The position numbers were made by a program, and so were the translations under genes. DNA of 64,000 nucleotides. It comes from Eledone cirrhosa. Its lineage: Eukaryota. The DNA is taken from positions 52,948,001 through 53,012,000 of the forward strand of contig OZ024742.1 in the NCBI GenBank assembly GCA_964016885.1. Reading direction: 5' to 3'. The first letter of the stretch is position 1. Every line of letters starts with the position of its first letter. A model generated the notes under the pieces. The model was not told the origin of the DNA. It made no database searches and saw only the letters and a program-made list of their open reading frames with translations. This document shows positions 1-13,067 of the stretch, in pieces.

Positions 1-1039
1 AGAATGTGTGACGAAAGAACTTTGACAATATATGAACAATCGTCTGGTTGTGGAACCAACCAATCGGAAATTTATAAATTCCTAAATTTATAAATTTAAT
101 TTATAATAAATTGAAGTGAAAGCAACTGGTGCGTTTGTTTCTTATTGGCAACATGACCCTCCCAAAGCATAACAATATATATATATATATATATGCAGGT
201 ATTACACAAAAATTCCTATATAAAGGACATGAACAAAAGTGATATTTTAAAAATCTTAACATAATTCGTTTGGTAAAAAAAATATTGTATATCTGACAAC
301 TGATCCTGGTATTACCATAAATTTAAGTTCTTTCAAAACAAAGCATAACTCACCGTGAAAGACAATTTAGATAAACAGTGTTGTATTTTCTGTGGTTTAA
401 AACATCTGTATATAAAAAATTTCGTACAAAAATGGACTGAAAACAAAAATCAACTGTTACACTTTAGATACATTTTTCAGTCGGGTAACTAAGAAAATGC
501 ACAATTTTTTTTTCCTGTAGTTGAACAACAGAATCGTAAATATGCAGTTTTCAGCAAAACTTTCATCCACACATATAATGATAATTGATAAATGACTAAA
601 TTCTATTAATTTATATGCGTAATTAAAACATCTGATGATTTGAAAGCAACACGCTGATCATTCTTTGTACGCTGGTTACTTGTGCTAAGCTGTATCTTTT
701 AGAAAAAATAACAGTTCAGTGTCTAAGTAAATATTATAATTAACTAATTAAATATTTAAATCTCAAATATCTACGCAGGTTTGAGAAAGTACCAGATTGG
801 TGATTGGCGCGAATAAGATACAAAAACTGCAATATGGTGGGATGAACGAAAAAGAACCATACCGCATCGTCCTTCGTGTGGGTTAACAAGGGTCGCGTTC
901 AGGCCTTACGTAAAGGGGCCTATTCGAAAATATATTGCAGTCGCTATTTCATGCCACAAAACTGGCAATGGGTCTGCAAGCTGTCCTGGGAGGCGTGGAA
1001 TGGGCGCTCAAAGATTGCGTGTCCCTGAACTCTAAAGAG

Positions 1040-1570
1040 GGTCTGGAAGGGAGCAAACCTTGACAATTGGAACCTGGAACATCACAACCCTTACAGGTAA
1101 GGAGCAGGAACTAGTGGAAGAGGCTAGGCGCTACTGGCTAGATATAATCCGAGTTTCCTCTACAAAGTTCCGTGGCTCTGGTACTGTAGATTTGGATGGA
1201 GGATGGAAACTCCACTATTCAGGTGTGGCACCAGAAATGACTGCACATATGGGAGTTGGGATATAACAATCCCCCTGCTGACAGAATGTGTTATGGACTG
1301 GATACCATTAGGAGGGAGGATTTCCCTCTTGAAGCTTAGGCTGAAAGATAGGTCTCTGTAGGTGGTGCAAGTTTGTGCAACAAACAAGGAGTTTAAATAC
1401 AGGTTCTTCCTAAATACAGGTCCGAGCTAAATACGAATGGAGAGGCCTTATTAGACTTCTGTTCTAGAAATGGACTCTCTATTATGAACACCTTCTTCCA
1501 GCTCAGAGACATCCATAAACATGTTTGATATAAGGCGAAACAGGGACAGAGATCAATAATTGATTTTGTT
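1040..1570 (+). pseudogene. Decayed non-LTR retrotransposon AP-endonuclease fragment (RTE-like)
   Basis: ORF 1060-1266 has TIGTWNITTL..ELVEE..LDII (APE motif I). Downstream frames give GEALLDFC..LSIMNTFF and RSIIDF (late APE motifs). Stops, frameshifts and deletions present. Confidence 0.75.
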
Positions 1571-1658
1571 AAAGTTTTGACTGAGTTACATTTCTCAATA
1601 TACACTCTAAATGTATGTAGGTAGGTAGGTTGGTATATGTATATATGTAAATATATAT

Positions 1659-2192
1659 ATTGTTATACTTGGGGAGGGTCATATTTGTGTAATATTGCCA
1701 GAATTAATAACAGAACACACTCACTGTTTGGTTGGTTTTCGCTTTTCGCTTCTGTGTGTTTTATATCGGTAATCTAATTTATTCGGTCCTCAATGTTGCC
1801 ATTGACTGACCGACGGTCAAAAATAATACAGATACAATATAGACACAAACACATATATATAGTTTATCAAAGTTCTTTCGTTGCATATCTGCAACATCGT
1901 CAGTGGTGCTATTTTTTCCTCCCGTTACATTGTATGTCTACGCCATTTTTATTTTGTCCGCCATTTTTATTTTGACCGTCGGTTAGTCAATGGCAACATT
2001 GAGGACCGAATAAATTAGATTACCGATATAAAAGACACAGAAGCGAAAAGCGAAAACCAACCAAACAGTGAGTGTGTTCTGTTATTAATTCTGGCAATAT
2101 TACACAAATATGACCCTCCCCAAGTATAACAATATTTGTTTCGACACACGATTTCATATAAAAAACCTCGCAAAACTAATTCATCGCCGTTA
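1659..2192. mobile_element. Fold-back PLE-type pLTR remnant in (TA)n
   Basis: Inverted arms about 1659-1826 and 1967-2134 are nearly identical, followed by an unpaired ~58-nt tail to (TA)n. The arm end (atgaccctccccaagtataacaat) resembles 152-176. Confidence 0.7.
1868..1905 (-). ncRNA. Hammerhead-like motif (weak stem I)
   Basis: Minus strand: CTGACGA-t-GTTGCA-gata-TGCAAC-GAAA-GAACT-T. Stem I is only about 2 bp. Confidence 0.45.
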
Positions 2193-2770
2193 AATATATA
2201 TATATATATCCAAAATTAAGATAAATTAAATGAATTTAATCTAAATCGAAATTGTGGGTATCATACCATAACGGCATGCGCCATATCGCCTGGAAATAAG
2301 CTCAAAGATATGTCCGAGCATTTTATAATAACTAGAAATTGATTAACATATATATATACATGAATAATCACAGGAGATAATTTTTACAAGCGTGTAACCA
2401 CGCATGGCTAGTGGGTAACAAATAAATAAAGTTGACTACAACTTCAAAAATATATACCTTTAAGTATGATCAATCTTCCCTGTATATATCCCATTAAAGA
2501 AATATATTTCACCAATTAATCAGATCGTAAGTCACGGAAAGTGGATATTATTGAAATGTCAACAAGGAAGAATAATGTCCAGCGATCCATGCTCACACAG
2601 CGAGTTCAAATCCACATCTGGCCGCTACCACGTGTTGTGTCTACACATCACAGCAGCTTCGTTTCAGTTGCGTGAATAGGTATTCGACAACTAGAAATAG
2701 CAGTCAAATTCCCTTCAACAGAAATACCTCTACAATTAAGGAGCCGTATTTATATATCTATATCCAAAAA

Positions 2771-2819
<49 letters not shown>

Positions 2820-2984
2820 ATAAAAGAAAAACGAACACAGTTATATAGATATATGTGTTCAAATCGTAAGGGACCTGATTCGCTAAGGTAAAAAGAATAC
2901 TAACTATAGACAATTGGGTTCGCTTGTCTCAATTTAAGAAAAAATTAAGAAAATAAATACAAACCGGAATTGTGGTAACTACCA

Positions 2985-3059
2985 ATCACCCAGACAACTT
3001 GCTGTTTCGCAAAGTTAATTGTGAATAGAAATACTAATCCAAGCTCATCAGTGGGTGAT
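2985..3059 (-). ncRNA. Type I hammerhead ribozyme (PLE-type)
   Basis: Minus strand: ATCACCCA-CTGATGA-GC...GC-GAAA-CAGCAAGTTG-TC-TGGGTGAT. Stem I is 8 bp and stem III is quasi-palindromic. Confidence 0.8.
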
Positions 3060-3310
3060 GAATTAGTATCCTAGACACATCTATGTATGCTATATATAAA
3101 ATATAAAACAGCGCACATGGCATCCTAGCGAGTCTCACAAACCCACACCACTAAAAATAGCAGCCATGTTTACTCGACATTTGAACACACAGCCCGCTTC
3201 ATTTCTTATCATTTTGTATTTACCGCTGTGACACCCCCCTCTACCTGTTTCGCTCGATTTGTTGTTCCACCACGCTTGCATATCGACTCTCTCCTTCTCT
3301 CTCTCTTCCT

Positions 3311-3341
<31 letters not shown>

Positions 3342-3452
3342 TCCTCTCTCTCTCTCTATCCATCTGCTCGTTTTCGACCTGGTCTCACACATGTCGTAGG
3401 CCCCTTTTGGATTGTCTCCATTTCCCCTCTCCCTCTCACTTCCGGTTCCTCC

Positions 3453-3492
<40 letters not shown>

Positions 3493-3911
3493 ATTCACTT
3501 GCTGAGATCGCACGGAAAAACCTCGCTCCGCAGTAATATTGACCATAAGACCAATCGGTTCGTTGTAACCTTTTTTCTATTTTCTCCTCTGTTACTCACT
3601 TGCATGTGCCATTGTCCTGTGTCTCCCCTCTATTCGGTTACTTTACTTCGTGTTTTCCTCTTTCCTTTTTTTCTTTCTTCCTCTCCCTTCATTATCTTTT
3701 CTTCCCCTCGGGGCCTTTTGATTGATAAAAGGCTTTAGGTGCGCTGCTGATCAATTTCGATGTCCTGTTTTAAGCGCCGAAACATCTATTATCTGCAGTT
3801 AACAGCTGATGAAGGGTTTCTTCTCTTGCTTTGTCCATATTACCATCTTAAACTGTGTTTACAGTAACCACACAGCCCGCTTCGTTTCTTATCATTTTAT
3901 ATATATATATA

Positions 3912-4170
3912 TTAAGTAATAATATTTTCGAATCAGCGAGCGAGTTTGAAATTATTATAAATGTAAGCTATCGCCGTATTTTGACTAAAGAAATTAAAGA
4001 AATTATTTAGCCTGATAGTGGGGTTAAGAACCCTCGGAGAAATGGAAAAAGATGAGTATTGACGTACAATACTCATCTTTTTCCATTTCTCCGAGGGTTC
4101 CCCACTATCATGCTAAATAATTTCTTTAATTTCTTTAGTCAAAATACGGCGATAGCTTACATTTATAATA
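3912..4170. repeat. Near-perfect ~110-bp-arm palindrome with a one-sided tail, TA-flanked
   Basis: Arms about 3952-4060 and 4066-4170, centred on tattgacgtacaata. Unpaired 3912-3951 lies next to (TA)n. Confidence 0.8.
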
Positions 4171-4175
4171 ATAAT

Positions 4176-4206
<31 letters not shown>

Positions 4207-4231
4207 CTATGTATATATATATATATATATA

Positions 4232-4330
<99 letters not shown>

Positions 4331-5202
4331 TAAAAAGGAAAAGAAAATGCTGACAAATTTTTCCCAGTGAAAAATACTTTAATTAGGAATAAGTATAAAT
4401 TAGTAATAAGTATTGGTTAGTATTCAGTTTTAGTTTTAAGTTTTTACCAGTTGCGCATTTCTAATGCTTTTCAAAAATAATTTTGAGATAGAGCGCCCGT
4501 GATGTTTGCTCTAATCTGATCAGTTTTGGAAATTCTTCCTGTTTTATGTGAAAAAAGTGGCTCCAGAGGTATTAAGATTTGGTTGGTTGTTGAATGTCAC
4601 GTGAATAAGTACTATAAATTTCGCGCCAATTCGTGTTGCAAAAATTCTTGTAGTCAAAACAATTTTAATTGGTTGGTAGAGGTCACGTGAATGTTAAAAA
4701 TTGATTTTAGCGCGAACTGGTTTGGCGCCAAATGTAGGTTTGTCGAAGAGTGTCCTTTTTCGCTTGATTGAGTTGCAATCATGCTCAGTCACTCACACGT
4801 TAATTTCCGGGACATACAATTTTGCTGATTGAATCAACTGGAGAACCTGTAGTCGGAAATGGCTGCGGTCTAAAACGTATAGACATATGCTCTATCTGTT
4901 AATAGAAACCTTCTCTTCCAATTACACAAATAGTACTGTAGCGACTAATTCTCGCTCACTTCTTGGATACTAATCTTGCTCTACAGAAAATTTGAATGCA
5001 CCAGTAAAAAGCCTAATCGTTTTAGATTATTGTTTCAAAATCTCATGTTAATAACTTTAAGAATGCACTTACTGACTTGTCCAAATTTACTTTTGTATCG
5101 TTCATTAATTTGCTTTTAGAATGGAATGGAAGTAAGCCATATAATCCCTAACGGCTGTGTAAGGTTTGCGCGCAATGAAAGGCTGAATGCGCTCTTCTAT
5201 AC

Positions 5203-5288
<86 letters not shown>

Positions 5289-5324
5289 TCCACGAGGCAC
5301 AACTTCTTCAGGGTCCTTATATAC

Positions 5325-5391
<67 letters not shown>

Positions 5392-5392
<1 letters not shown>

Positions 5393-6303
5393 GAGGTGGG
5401 TCAGAAAAGTTCCAGGACTGATGTCACAAAAGATTTATTTCAAACCCAAACTTCACACTAAGAGTTTTCTCCTTCAAAGTAATCCCCCTGGAGTCTAATG
5501 CATTTTTCCATCCTTTTCTGCCACGCATTTGTCCATCCTTTCTTGCATGCACTCCTAGAAGTATTCTTCTGGGATTCTCCGCAGTTCCGTCGTCATGGCC
5601 TTTTTGATGTCGTCTACGTCTTCAAAACGGGTCCCCTCCTGATCGTACTCGAAGATCCATGACTCATCACCGGTGATAACTGTCCCTAGCAAGTCTGGTT
5701 CGGTTTCAAGACGCTCGAGGATGTCCTGGCACAATTGCATGCGTCGACCCTTCTGGTCATCGTTCAGCAGTTTTGGCAACCTCTTCGCGCAGACTTTCCG
5801 CATGTCCAAATCTTCAGTGAGAATCTTCCAGACGCTGTCCCGATTCATGCCCAGTTCATTTGCCATCAGTCGAACAGTCAGTCGACGATCGCTACGCACC
5901 ATCTGCCTGACGTGCTCAACGTTGACCTCAGTCCTGGTTGTTGAGGGCCTTCCGCTCCTGGAGTCATCTTCCACGTCCTCGTGTCCTTCTTTAAACCTCT
6001 TACACCACTCAAAAACACGTGAGCGCGACATCGTCTCATCTCCATACACTTGCTGCAGCAATCCCAGTGCTTCTGACGGAGTTTTCAAGTTTGTTCGTTG
6101 CTCTGTGCTCATTGCTTGACGACCTGAAACAGAGGACATGTATATAAAATTATGAAGAAAAAGGTTTTTTCGCTGCAAAGAGCTAAGATTACAGTTACAT
6201 ACGCCAGGGGGATTACTTTGAAGGAGAAAACTCTTAGTGTGAAGTTTGGGTTTGAAATAAATATTTTGTGACATCAGTCCTGGAACTTTTCTGACACATC
6301 TCG
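5392..6303 (-). mobile_element. Internally deleted mariner (Tc1/mariner) transposon
   Basis: TA-flanked inverted ends cgaggtgggtcagaaaagttccaggactg / cagtcctggaacttttctgacacatctcg. ORF 5555-6274 has the mariner HTH region (VFEWCKRFKEG..RSGRPST) and VITGDESW, then jumps to GTRFEDV, so the D34D region is missing. Confidence 0.92.
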
Positions 6304-6311
6304 TATATATA

Positions 6312-6368
<57 letters not shown>

Positions 6369-6369
6369 G

Positions 6370-8227
6370 CAAAGGTTTTATTTAAATTGTTGGGTTAACA
6401 ACGAGTAAATATTTATAACTGATATAAAAGCACTCAACAAGTATTTGGAGTATATTTACGATATTAAATAAATGGAAACTATATTTATAAAACCATATTT
6501 ATTTCATTATATATATTTCAGGGATATCATATTAAAAATATGTTATGCCTTCTTCAGACAAAATACAATATAAACAGTCTTATAAATAGATAGATTCGAC
6601 ATACCTTTCAACTTCGACTTCTATTTGAAAAGTTGATTTGGTAGTGAAAAAATATTAGGGACAGTTATAAAAAGAAAGAAAGAAAAACGAAGAAAAAGAA
6701 GAAATGCATGCAACTAAATAGAGAGAGATAGATATAGAGAGATAGATAGAGAGAAGAAATTCATGTAAAGAAACAGAGAGAGATATATAGAGAGAGGAAA
6801 AAAACACAGAGGGAGATAGATAGAGAGAGAGAGAGAGAGAAGAGAGGAGAGAGAGAGAGAGAGAAAATATAGAGAGATAGATATAGATAGAGATAGAGAG
6901 AAAGAAACTAGGTAGTTGGGCACCAGTTGAATGACGTATCAATGATCTATTTATTTATTTATTTATTTATTTATTTAGCTCTAGTATTAATGTAGAGAGA
7001 GATATATGTGGTTAAGAGAGAAAACAGCCGTTACATAGAGAGAAAAGAAAAATATCCAGACAAAAACGAGGCAGATTTAAAACACTATGTTTCATCAATG
7101 TAAAAAATAATTTGTATAAAACAGGCATTATAATGTAAATATCAGTATTCATGAATGAGACACGTATCAATAATGTGTGAAAAATAATGATCATATGTCT
7201 AGTTTAAAATTCCTAGGTTTATATTAGAGTTGAGATAAAATAGAAGGTTATCCCAGATTTTATACTATATACATCCATGTGAATTTACGTGATCAGCTCT
7301 GCAAATTCCTATTTCACACGAAAACATTCTCATTGTGCTATAAAAATTTAAGTATACATATATGTGTACATACACACAAATATATATAGAGTCTACATTA
7401 ATTTTAACAATACTATTCATGTCTTTACTCTACATGATTATCGTTCAAGCATAAATAGAGAACAGATATCAATATATCAATAAAAATATCAGAAACAAAA
7501 AGTAAATAAAAACAAAAAAATCAAAAAAAATCAAAAAATAAAAAAAATATTTAAAAATATATTAAAAATAAAAATATTAAAAATATTAAAAATATTAAAA
7601 TAAAAATAAAACATAGTATGCCCCGCAAATCAACCACAGAGATCAACCCTTCAAAGTTAATTGACAATATATTGCCAAGTTCGTTATAAGCATCAGAATC
7701 AAAAGCAAACAAAACCAAAAATTAAAAATTATTTACCAAATCCTGTCTAGCAGAAAACATTCCAAAAGTTTAGGATACCCATTTGATCTACAGATGGTCT
7801 TATATTTAATATAGAAGTTTATCTAGTGTAAAATTTATTCGATATATTTGGAGCATCAGCTTTTAGGGTAGTTTAATTATTCATGAAGAATGTTTAAAAT
7901 AAAAAGGAATCGAAAGATTTATCGGCGAGTTTCATAAATAATTATAAATCAAATTAGATATACTACATTTTAAATTTATATTTATATTTAAAAGTTGAGT
8001 TCAATCTATGTCTGCAGCAACTGAATAAATTTGTCCGTAAATTAAGGGAATTTTTAGATTTATTTACATTATAATGCCTGTTTTATACGAATTGATATTT
8101 TTTACATTGATGAAACATAGTGTTTTAAATCTGCCTCGTTTTTGTCTGGATATTTTTCTTTTCTCTCTATGTAACGGCTGTTTTCTCTCTTAACCACATA
8201 TATCTCTCTCTACATTAATACTAGAGC

Positions 8228-8258
<31 letters not shown>

Positions 8259-8670
8259 ATAGATCATTGATACGTCATTCAACTGGTGCCCAACTACCTA
8301 GTTTCTTTCTCTCTATCTCTATCTATATCTATCTCTCTATATTTTCTCTCTCTCTCCTCTCTTCTCTCTCTCTCTCTATCTATCTCCCTCTGTGTTTTTT
8401 TCCTCTCTCTATATATCTCTCTCTGTTTCTTTACATGAATTTCTTCTCTCTATCTATCTCTCTATATCTATCTCTCTCTATTCAGTTGCATGCATTTCTT
8501 CTTTTTCTTCGTTTTTCTTTCTTTCTTTTTATAACTGTCCCTAATATTTTTTCACTACCAAATCAACTTTTCAAATAGAAGTCGAAGTTGAAAGGTATGT
8601 CGAATCTATCTATTTATAAGACTGTTTATATTGTATTTTGTCTGAAGAAGGCATAACATATTTTTAATAT
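6370..8670 (-). mobile_element. PLE-type element with ~610-bp inverted pLTR copies
   Basis: About 6530-7141 is the reverse complement of about 8061-8670. An HHR lies at 6500-6565 and a tail at 6370-6500 abuts (TA)n. The spacer is AT-rich with no clear ORF. Confidence 0.65.
6500..6565 (-). ncRNA. Type I hammerhead ribozyme
   Basis: Minus strand: TATTTTGT-CTGAAGA-AGG...CCT-GAAA-TATATA-TA-ATGAAATA. Confidence 0.7.
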
Positions 8671-8806
8671 TTTAAAATATTTTTAACGTTGCAACGTTTT
8701 TTGAAATATCCACTTCTGCGTTTACAGATTGACTTTGTTAGTTTCAGAAGATCCCGTTAAGGGTGAAAGCAGCGATTCTTTGCTTAAACTTTAATCTGTT
8801 ATTTTA

Positions 8807-8840
<34 letters not shown>

Positions 8841-8843
<3 letters not shown>

Positions 8844-9892
8844 TAGAAGGGGTATTTAATTTGTTGGAAGTCCAACAAATATAAATGTTTATAACTGATT
8901 TAGAGCACTCAGCAGTTTACTGGAGTAAATATTCAATGATATTAAATAAATGGAAACTATATTTATATAACCATATTTATTTCTTTATTTTTATTTCTTT
9001 AATTTTTATTTCTTTATAATTTTTATTTCTTTAAAATTACTTATCTCTTATAAATTTTTTTTTTTTTATTTCTCAAATTTTTTATATTTTTTCAATACTG
9101 TATCAATATTTTTTCAATACTGTATCAATACTTTTTCAATATTTTTCAATAGATTTATAACCACTAACTGATTATGGCTAAATTTATCTTTCAACATCTA
9201 TACTTATTTCAACTAAATAGTCTCACACTAACGAATAAATAAATTAAACCGGAGTTTTTTCCGTATATTCCCATTTTAATTTAATTCAACTTAATATTTA
9301 TTTACATTAAATACAAAACCAATATCCCTCATAACTCATTAGAACAATTATCTATAACATGATATATCCATCTATTTATTTATTTATTTATTTATTTATT
9401 TATGTATTTATTTATTTATCTACTTATGACAGAAGAAAAATATTATATTATAAACAAATTTTAAACAACTAATAATCGTAAATACACTTACTATTAAGAT
9501 ATATGCTTAGAATATATTTCCCTCAAATTAACGTTATATGAGTTTTATTCATCTTCTCTTGTTTTCTTTCTTCTCTCTCTCTCTCTAAAACTATTTTATC
9601 CTCTCCTCCTATCTCTTCTCTCTCTCCATAGTCGTTTAAATAAACGGTTGTTTTTCAATTATTTACATATTCATTTGCATATTCACACATAAGTTTGCAA
9701 AATCCCTAATATATTTCCACTATCCAGTGAATTTCCAACCGATAAGGTATGATTTTCATGGGTATGTCTCTATTTATAAACAAAGTTTGTATTTTATCTG
9801 ATGAAAGCGTATTAATGTGTCTTGGTACCCTTGAAATATATATAATAAAATAAATATGGTTTTATAAATATAGTTTCCATTTATTTAATATC

Positions 9893-9895
<3 letters not shown>
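8841..9895. mobile_element. Related PLE pLTR remnant with inverted ends in (TA)n
   Basis: 8841-8985 resembles 6370-6505. 9850-9893 is the reverse complement of about 8936-8980. Contains the HHR at 9790-9852. Confidence 0.6.
9790..9852 (+). ncRNA. Type I hammerhead ribozyme
   Basis: TATTTTAT-CTGATGA-AAG...CTT-GAAA-TATATA-TA-ATAAAATA. Stem I is a perfect 8 bp and stem III is palindromic. Confidence 0.75.
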
Positions 9896-9966
<71 letters not shown>

Positions 9967-10179
9967 TATTTACGTATCGAGAAAGAGAAAAAAATGGGGG
10001 ATAGGTGATACATATAGTTATTTGCCAAGTAGCGTATGCCAAAGGTGCTCGATACTAGTGCCGGCAGTATTAAATATTCGAAGTGTTAATATTTAGTGGG
10101 CTAGAGAGTTAGCAGAGCGTAAGCACGTGGGAAAGTAAAAAATCGGAGAATAGACCGTTAAAACATGTTTATTTAAAAT

Positions 10180-10222
10180 ATCACCTACGTACGTTTCGCC
10201 CAGTTGGGCTTCTCAAGGGCAT
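10180..10222 (-). ncRNA. Minimal hammerhead motif, U3:A8 core (second copy at 12925-12967, + strand)
   Basis: TTGAGAA-GCCC-aact-GGGC-GAAA-CGTACG-TA-GG. Stem III ACGTACGT is palindromic; stem I is short and imperfect. Confidence 0.6.
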
Positions 10223-10514
10223 AAATAATCACAAGTGTTCCTTATATTGCTCGGAAAGAGTTTTTGGGGTTAAATCCACATCAAGGTTCATTGCTCGCAA
10301 AAATATTTTGTTTTGATTTTGCAGCAGGTCAAGGGAGATAACTCTGGCCGGTGTTAGGGCAGTCTTTCCCGGACAAATTTTTTTTTTTTTTTTTTGCCGC
10401 ATCCGTTTGTCTGAGGCTGGGTCTGGTATGCAAGGATTGTTTCCTGGGTGTTATTTTGCAGCGCCTGCCCGCCGGGGTGTTAAGACTTGTTGCAGGGACA
10501 TCCAGTGTACTATT

Positions 10515-12910
10515 TCACTCTTCATCCTTAACCCATCTGAAGAAGGATATTTTTAAGCGATGTGTACAACTTATCGCTGTTTCAGCTCTGCTGTTGATGA
10601 GCTCGTGGGGTGCAGTTATGATGTGGTAGAGCTCCATGAGGCAAAGATCGCATTTCCTCTTGAAGTTGTACGGTGCAGCCCTGCCGACAATCTCCCAGTG
10701 CGTGGAGAAGCTGATGTTTAAGTCCTTTAGTGATGTGATGTAGTCCGCGAGCGAAGTGGAGTGCCTTAGTTTTCTATTTGTGAAAGAGTGGAGATGTGTT
10801 CGAAACCTAATTTTGAACGGGCCGGAGGTGGCCCCTATATAATGTTTAACGCTATTGTGGCTAGTAATAGTGCATCTATATATAACCCTATCAGTCAAGC
10901 AGTATCCTCTAAGGGGGCAGCGTCCTCTGTCGCAGCAGTTGCAATTTCTGTCGCGGTTCCGTCTATTTCCCACGGTAAGGCTATCATTGTTGCTGCCTAC
11001 GTTGTTACCTACGCTACCGCAGCTGTCGTTAGCATAATTACAACCCACAGCACGCGGGGTGGTGCGATTGTTATTCCGCACGTCATGTTCTGCATGTTCT
11101 CCAGTCATTTCGCGTTCATTCTGGTTGCGTCTGCGGATGCCGTTGCCAACACTATTGGATGCTGCCAGGGAGTTGTTAAGGCCGATATAGTTATTGTCAG
11201 GTGTAGGTGCGTCTGTGTCGAGGTGCTGTGTCTTGGTGATCTTACTGTGGTTCGTTGTTCCTATGATGTCTGCTAGGTTAGGAGTAGTAGAGAAGGATAT
11301 TTTTATATTGTTCCTATTAAGAATTTTTCTATACCTATGGTTGGGCGGGAAGTTCTTCTCTAAGGCTTCGAAGAACATCCGGGGTATGTTGGAGGCCACA
11401 CTCCGAGAGTAGGGGGGGTGGAACCATAGGACGTTACGGTGGCGATTACGTGTCCTTGTACTTTTGCTACGGGTGGTTCCATCTAAGTGACCGCTCTTAT
11501 GTGTGTTAATGCGCAGTCGCCTGTTCGGTGCCCCTTTCACTTTATGCTCGGGTGCACTCTTTCTACCTCTTCCATGTTTATGTACACGAAGATGTTGGTT
11601 GGAAGGCGTTGGTAGTAGGCCGTCGCCTTTGTTGGTTTTGTAATAGGGGAATAGTTTGAGTAATCTACAGTGTTCACCGTCGCCGGGGACGTGATCTTTG
11701 GTGCGGTTATCTATTCTATTATATCCGACTTCAACGAGGTCGCCGTGTGATCGGTTATAGGTATGGCTTACTATAACGTTAGTTTTATGAGGGGGTGGTT
11801 TCTAGAGCTAGCGTTAGGGATGTAGGAAATTCCTCGGTTAAAGCCGGCGCTTATCAGGGCCCTATTGTAGTAATCAGCCGGTTGGTTGAAGATATCCTCA
11901 TTGGCGGATAGCCTCGAGATTCTATGTGAGATACTATAGACTATGGAGTTGAGAGTCTGCTTAGGATGGTTGGAAGCATAATTAATATAAGAGAGGCACT
12001 CTCCAGGCTTATGGTATGGCTTGTATAAGCCCGTACTCAACTCCAGGGTCACGTCCAGGAAGTTGACAACCCTGTGGTTGAGGTCCATAGTTACGGATAG
12101 GCCGTATGACTTAAAGAACCTGTGTATGTTTGTTAAGGTTCTCTATCCTACGGGGGCTATGGTTCCTAACGGTAAACAGGGCGTCGTCCCTATATACACC
12201 TCCTTGTAGGGCCGGTATTTCTTCCCTAAGCTTATGTAGGAGGTATATCCCGACCAGGTCAGTTGCTTGCGCTGAGTCACTGGACCCCATCGTGACATCG
12301 AAGTTATCAGGACGGTTGGTTCTGGTCCAGTGGGAGCCTTCGAACTGGATAATGGTTCTACGTGCCGCTAGAATTATGTCTATTTCTTTTTTAGTGAGGC
12401 TAGTGTTAGATCTAGCTAAGATAAGTGCCTTATTTAAGAGTATGGGGGAGATAGAGGCGTAGTAGCTATCTATATCAAACTGGATGAATTTCAGGGTGGC
12501 TTTATCCGGCAACTCGGTGAACCAATTTATGACCTGGTCGGTGTTGCCCCAGAGGCAGACCTTAGCCTTTCTATTAAGCTCGAGTAGTACTCTGTCGAGG
12601 ATCACTTTACTAATCTTACTTATATCTGCTGTAGATGGGCATATTAGTCTAATAGAGGGGCTTTCATTAAATTCATATTTGTGATCCTTAAGAGAGAATT
12701 TAGGCGTCAGAGGGACGTACGGGTTAGTGTACTTTTCTATTTCTAAGCTGGTGACTATATCCTTCCCTACTCTATTTATGTCATTTAGGGTACTAGAGGG
12801 TGTCTTTTTGTAGTCTTTGTGTAGTTCCTTATAGATGAATTTTTTATACTCACTCGCGTCCATCTTGTACAGCTTTTTGGTTTTGTCGGAGGTGACGAAG
12901 AGGTGCGGGT
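10515..12910 (-). pseudogene. Frameshifted PLE RT + GIY-YIG endonuclease ORF
   Basis: Three collinear ORF fragments in different frames cover the RT palm, the thumb and the GIY-YIG domain. Confidence 0.9.
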
Positions 12911-13067
12911 CATTGTGATTATTTATGCACTTGAGAAGCCCAACTGGGCGAAACGTACGTAGGTGATATTTTAAATAAACATGTTTTAACGGTCTATTCT
13001 CCGATTTTTAACTTTCCCACGTGCTTACGCTCTGCTAACTCTCTAGCCCACTAAATATTAACACTTC

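Noticed and set aside
3740-3830. Hammerhead from ctgatcaa..gaaac..tc and the following ctgatgaaggg
   Set aside because: Core and stems are incomplete; probably a decayed pLTR, but no full fold can be drawn.
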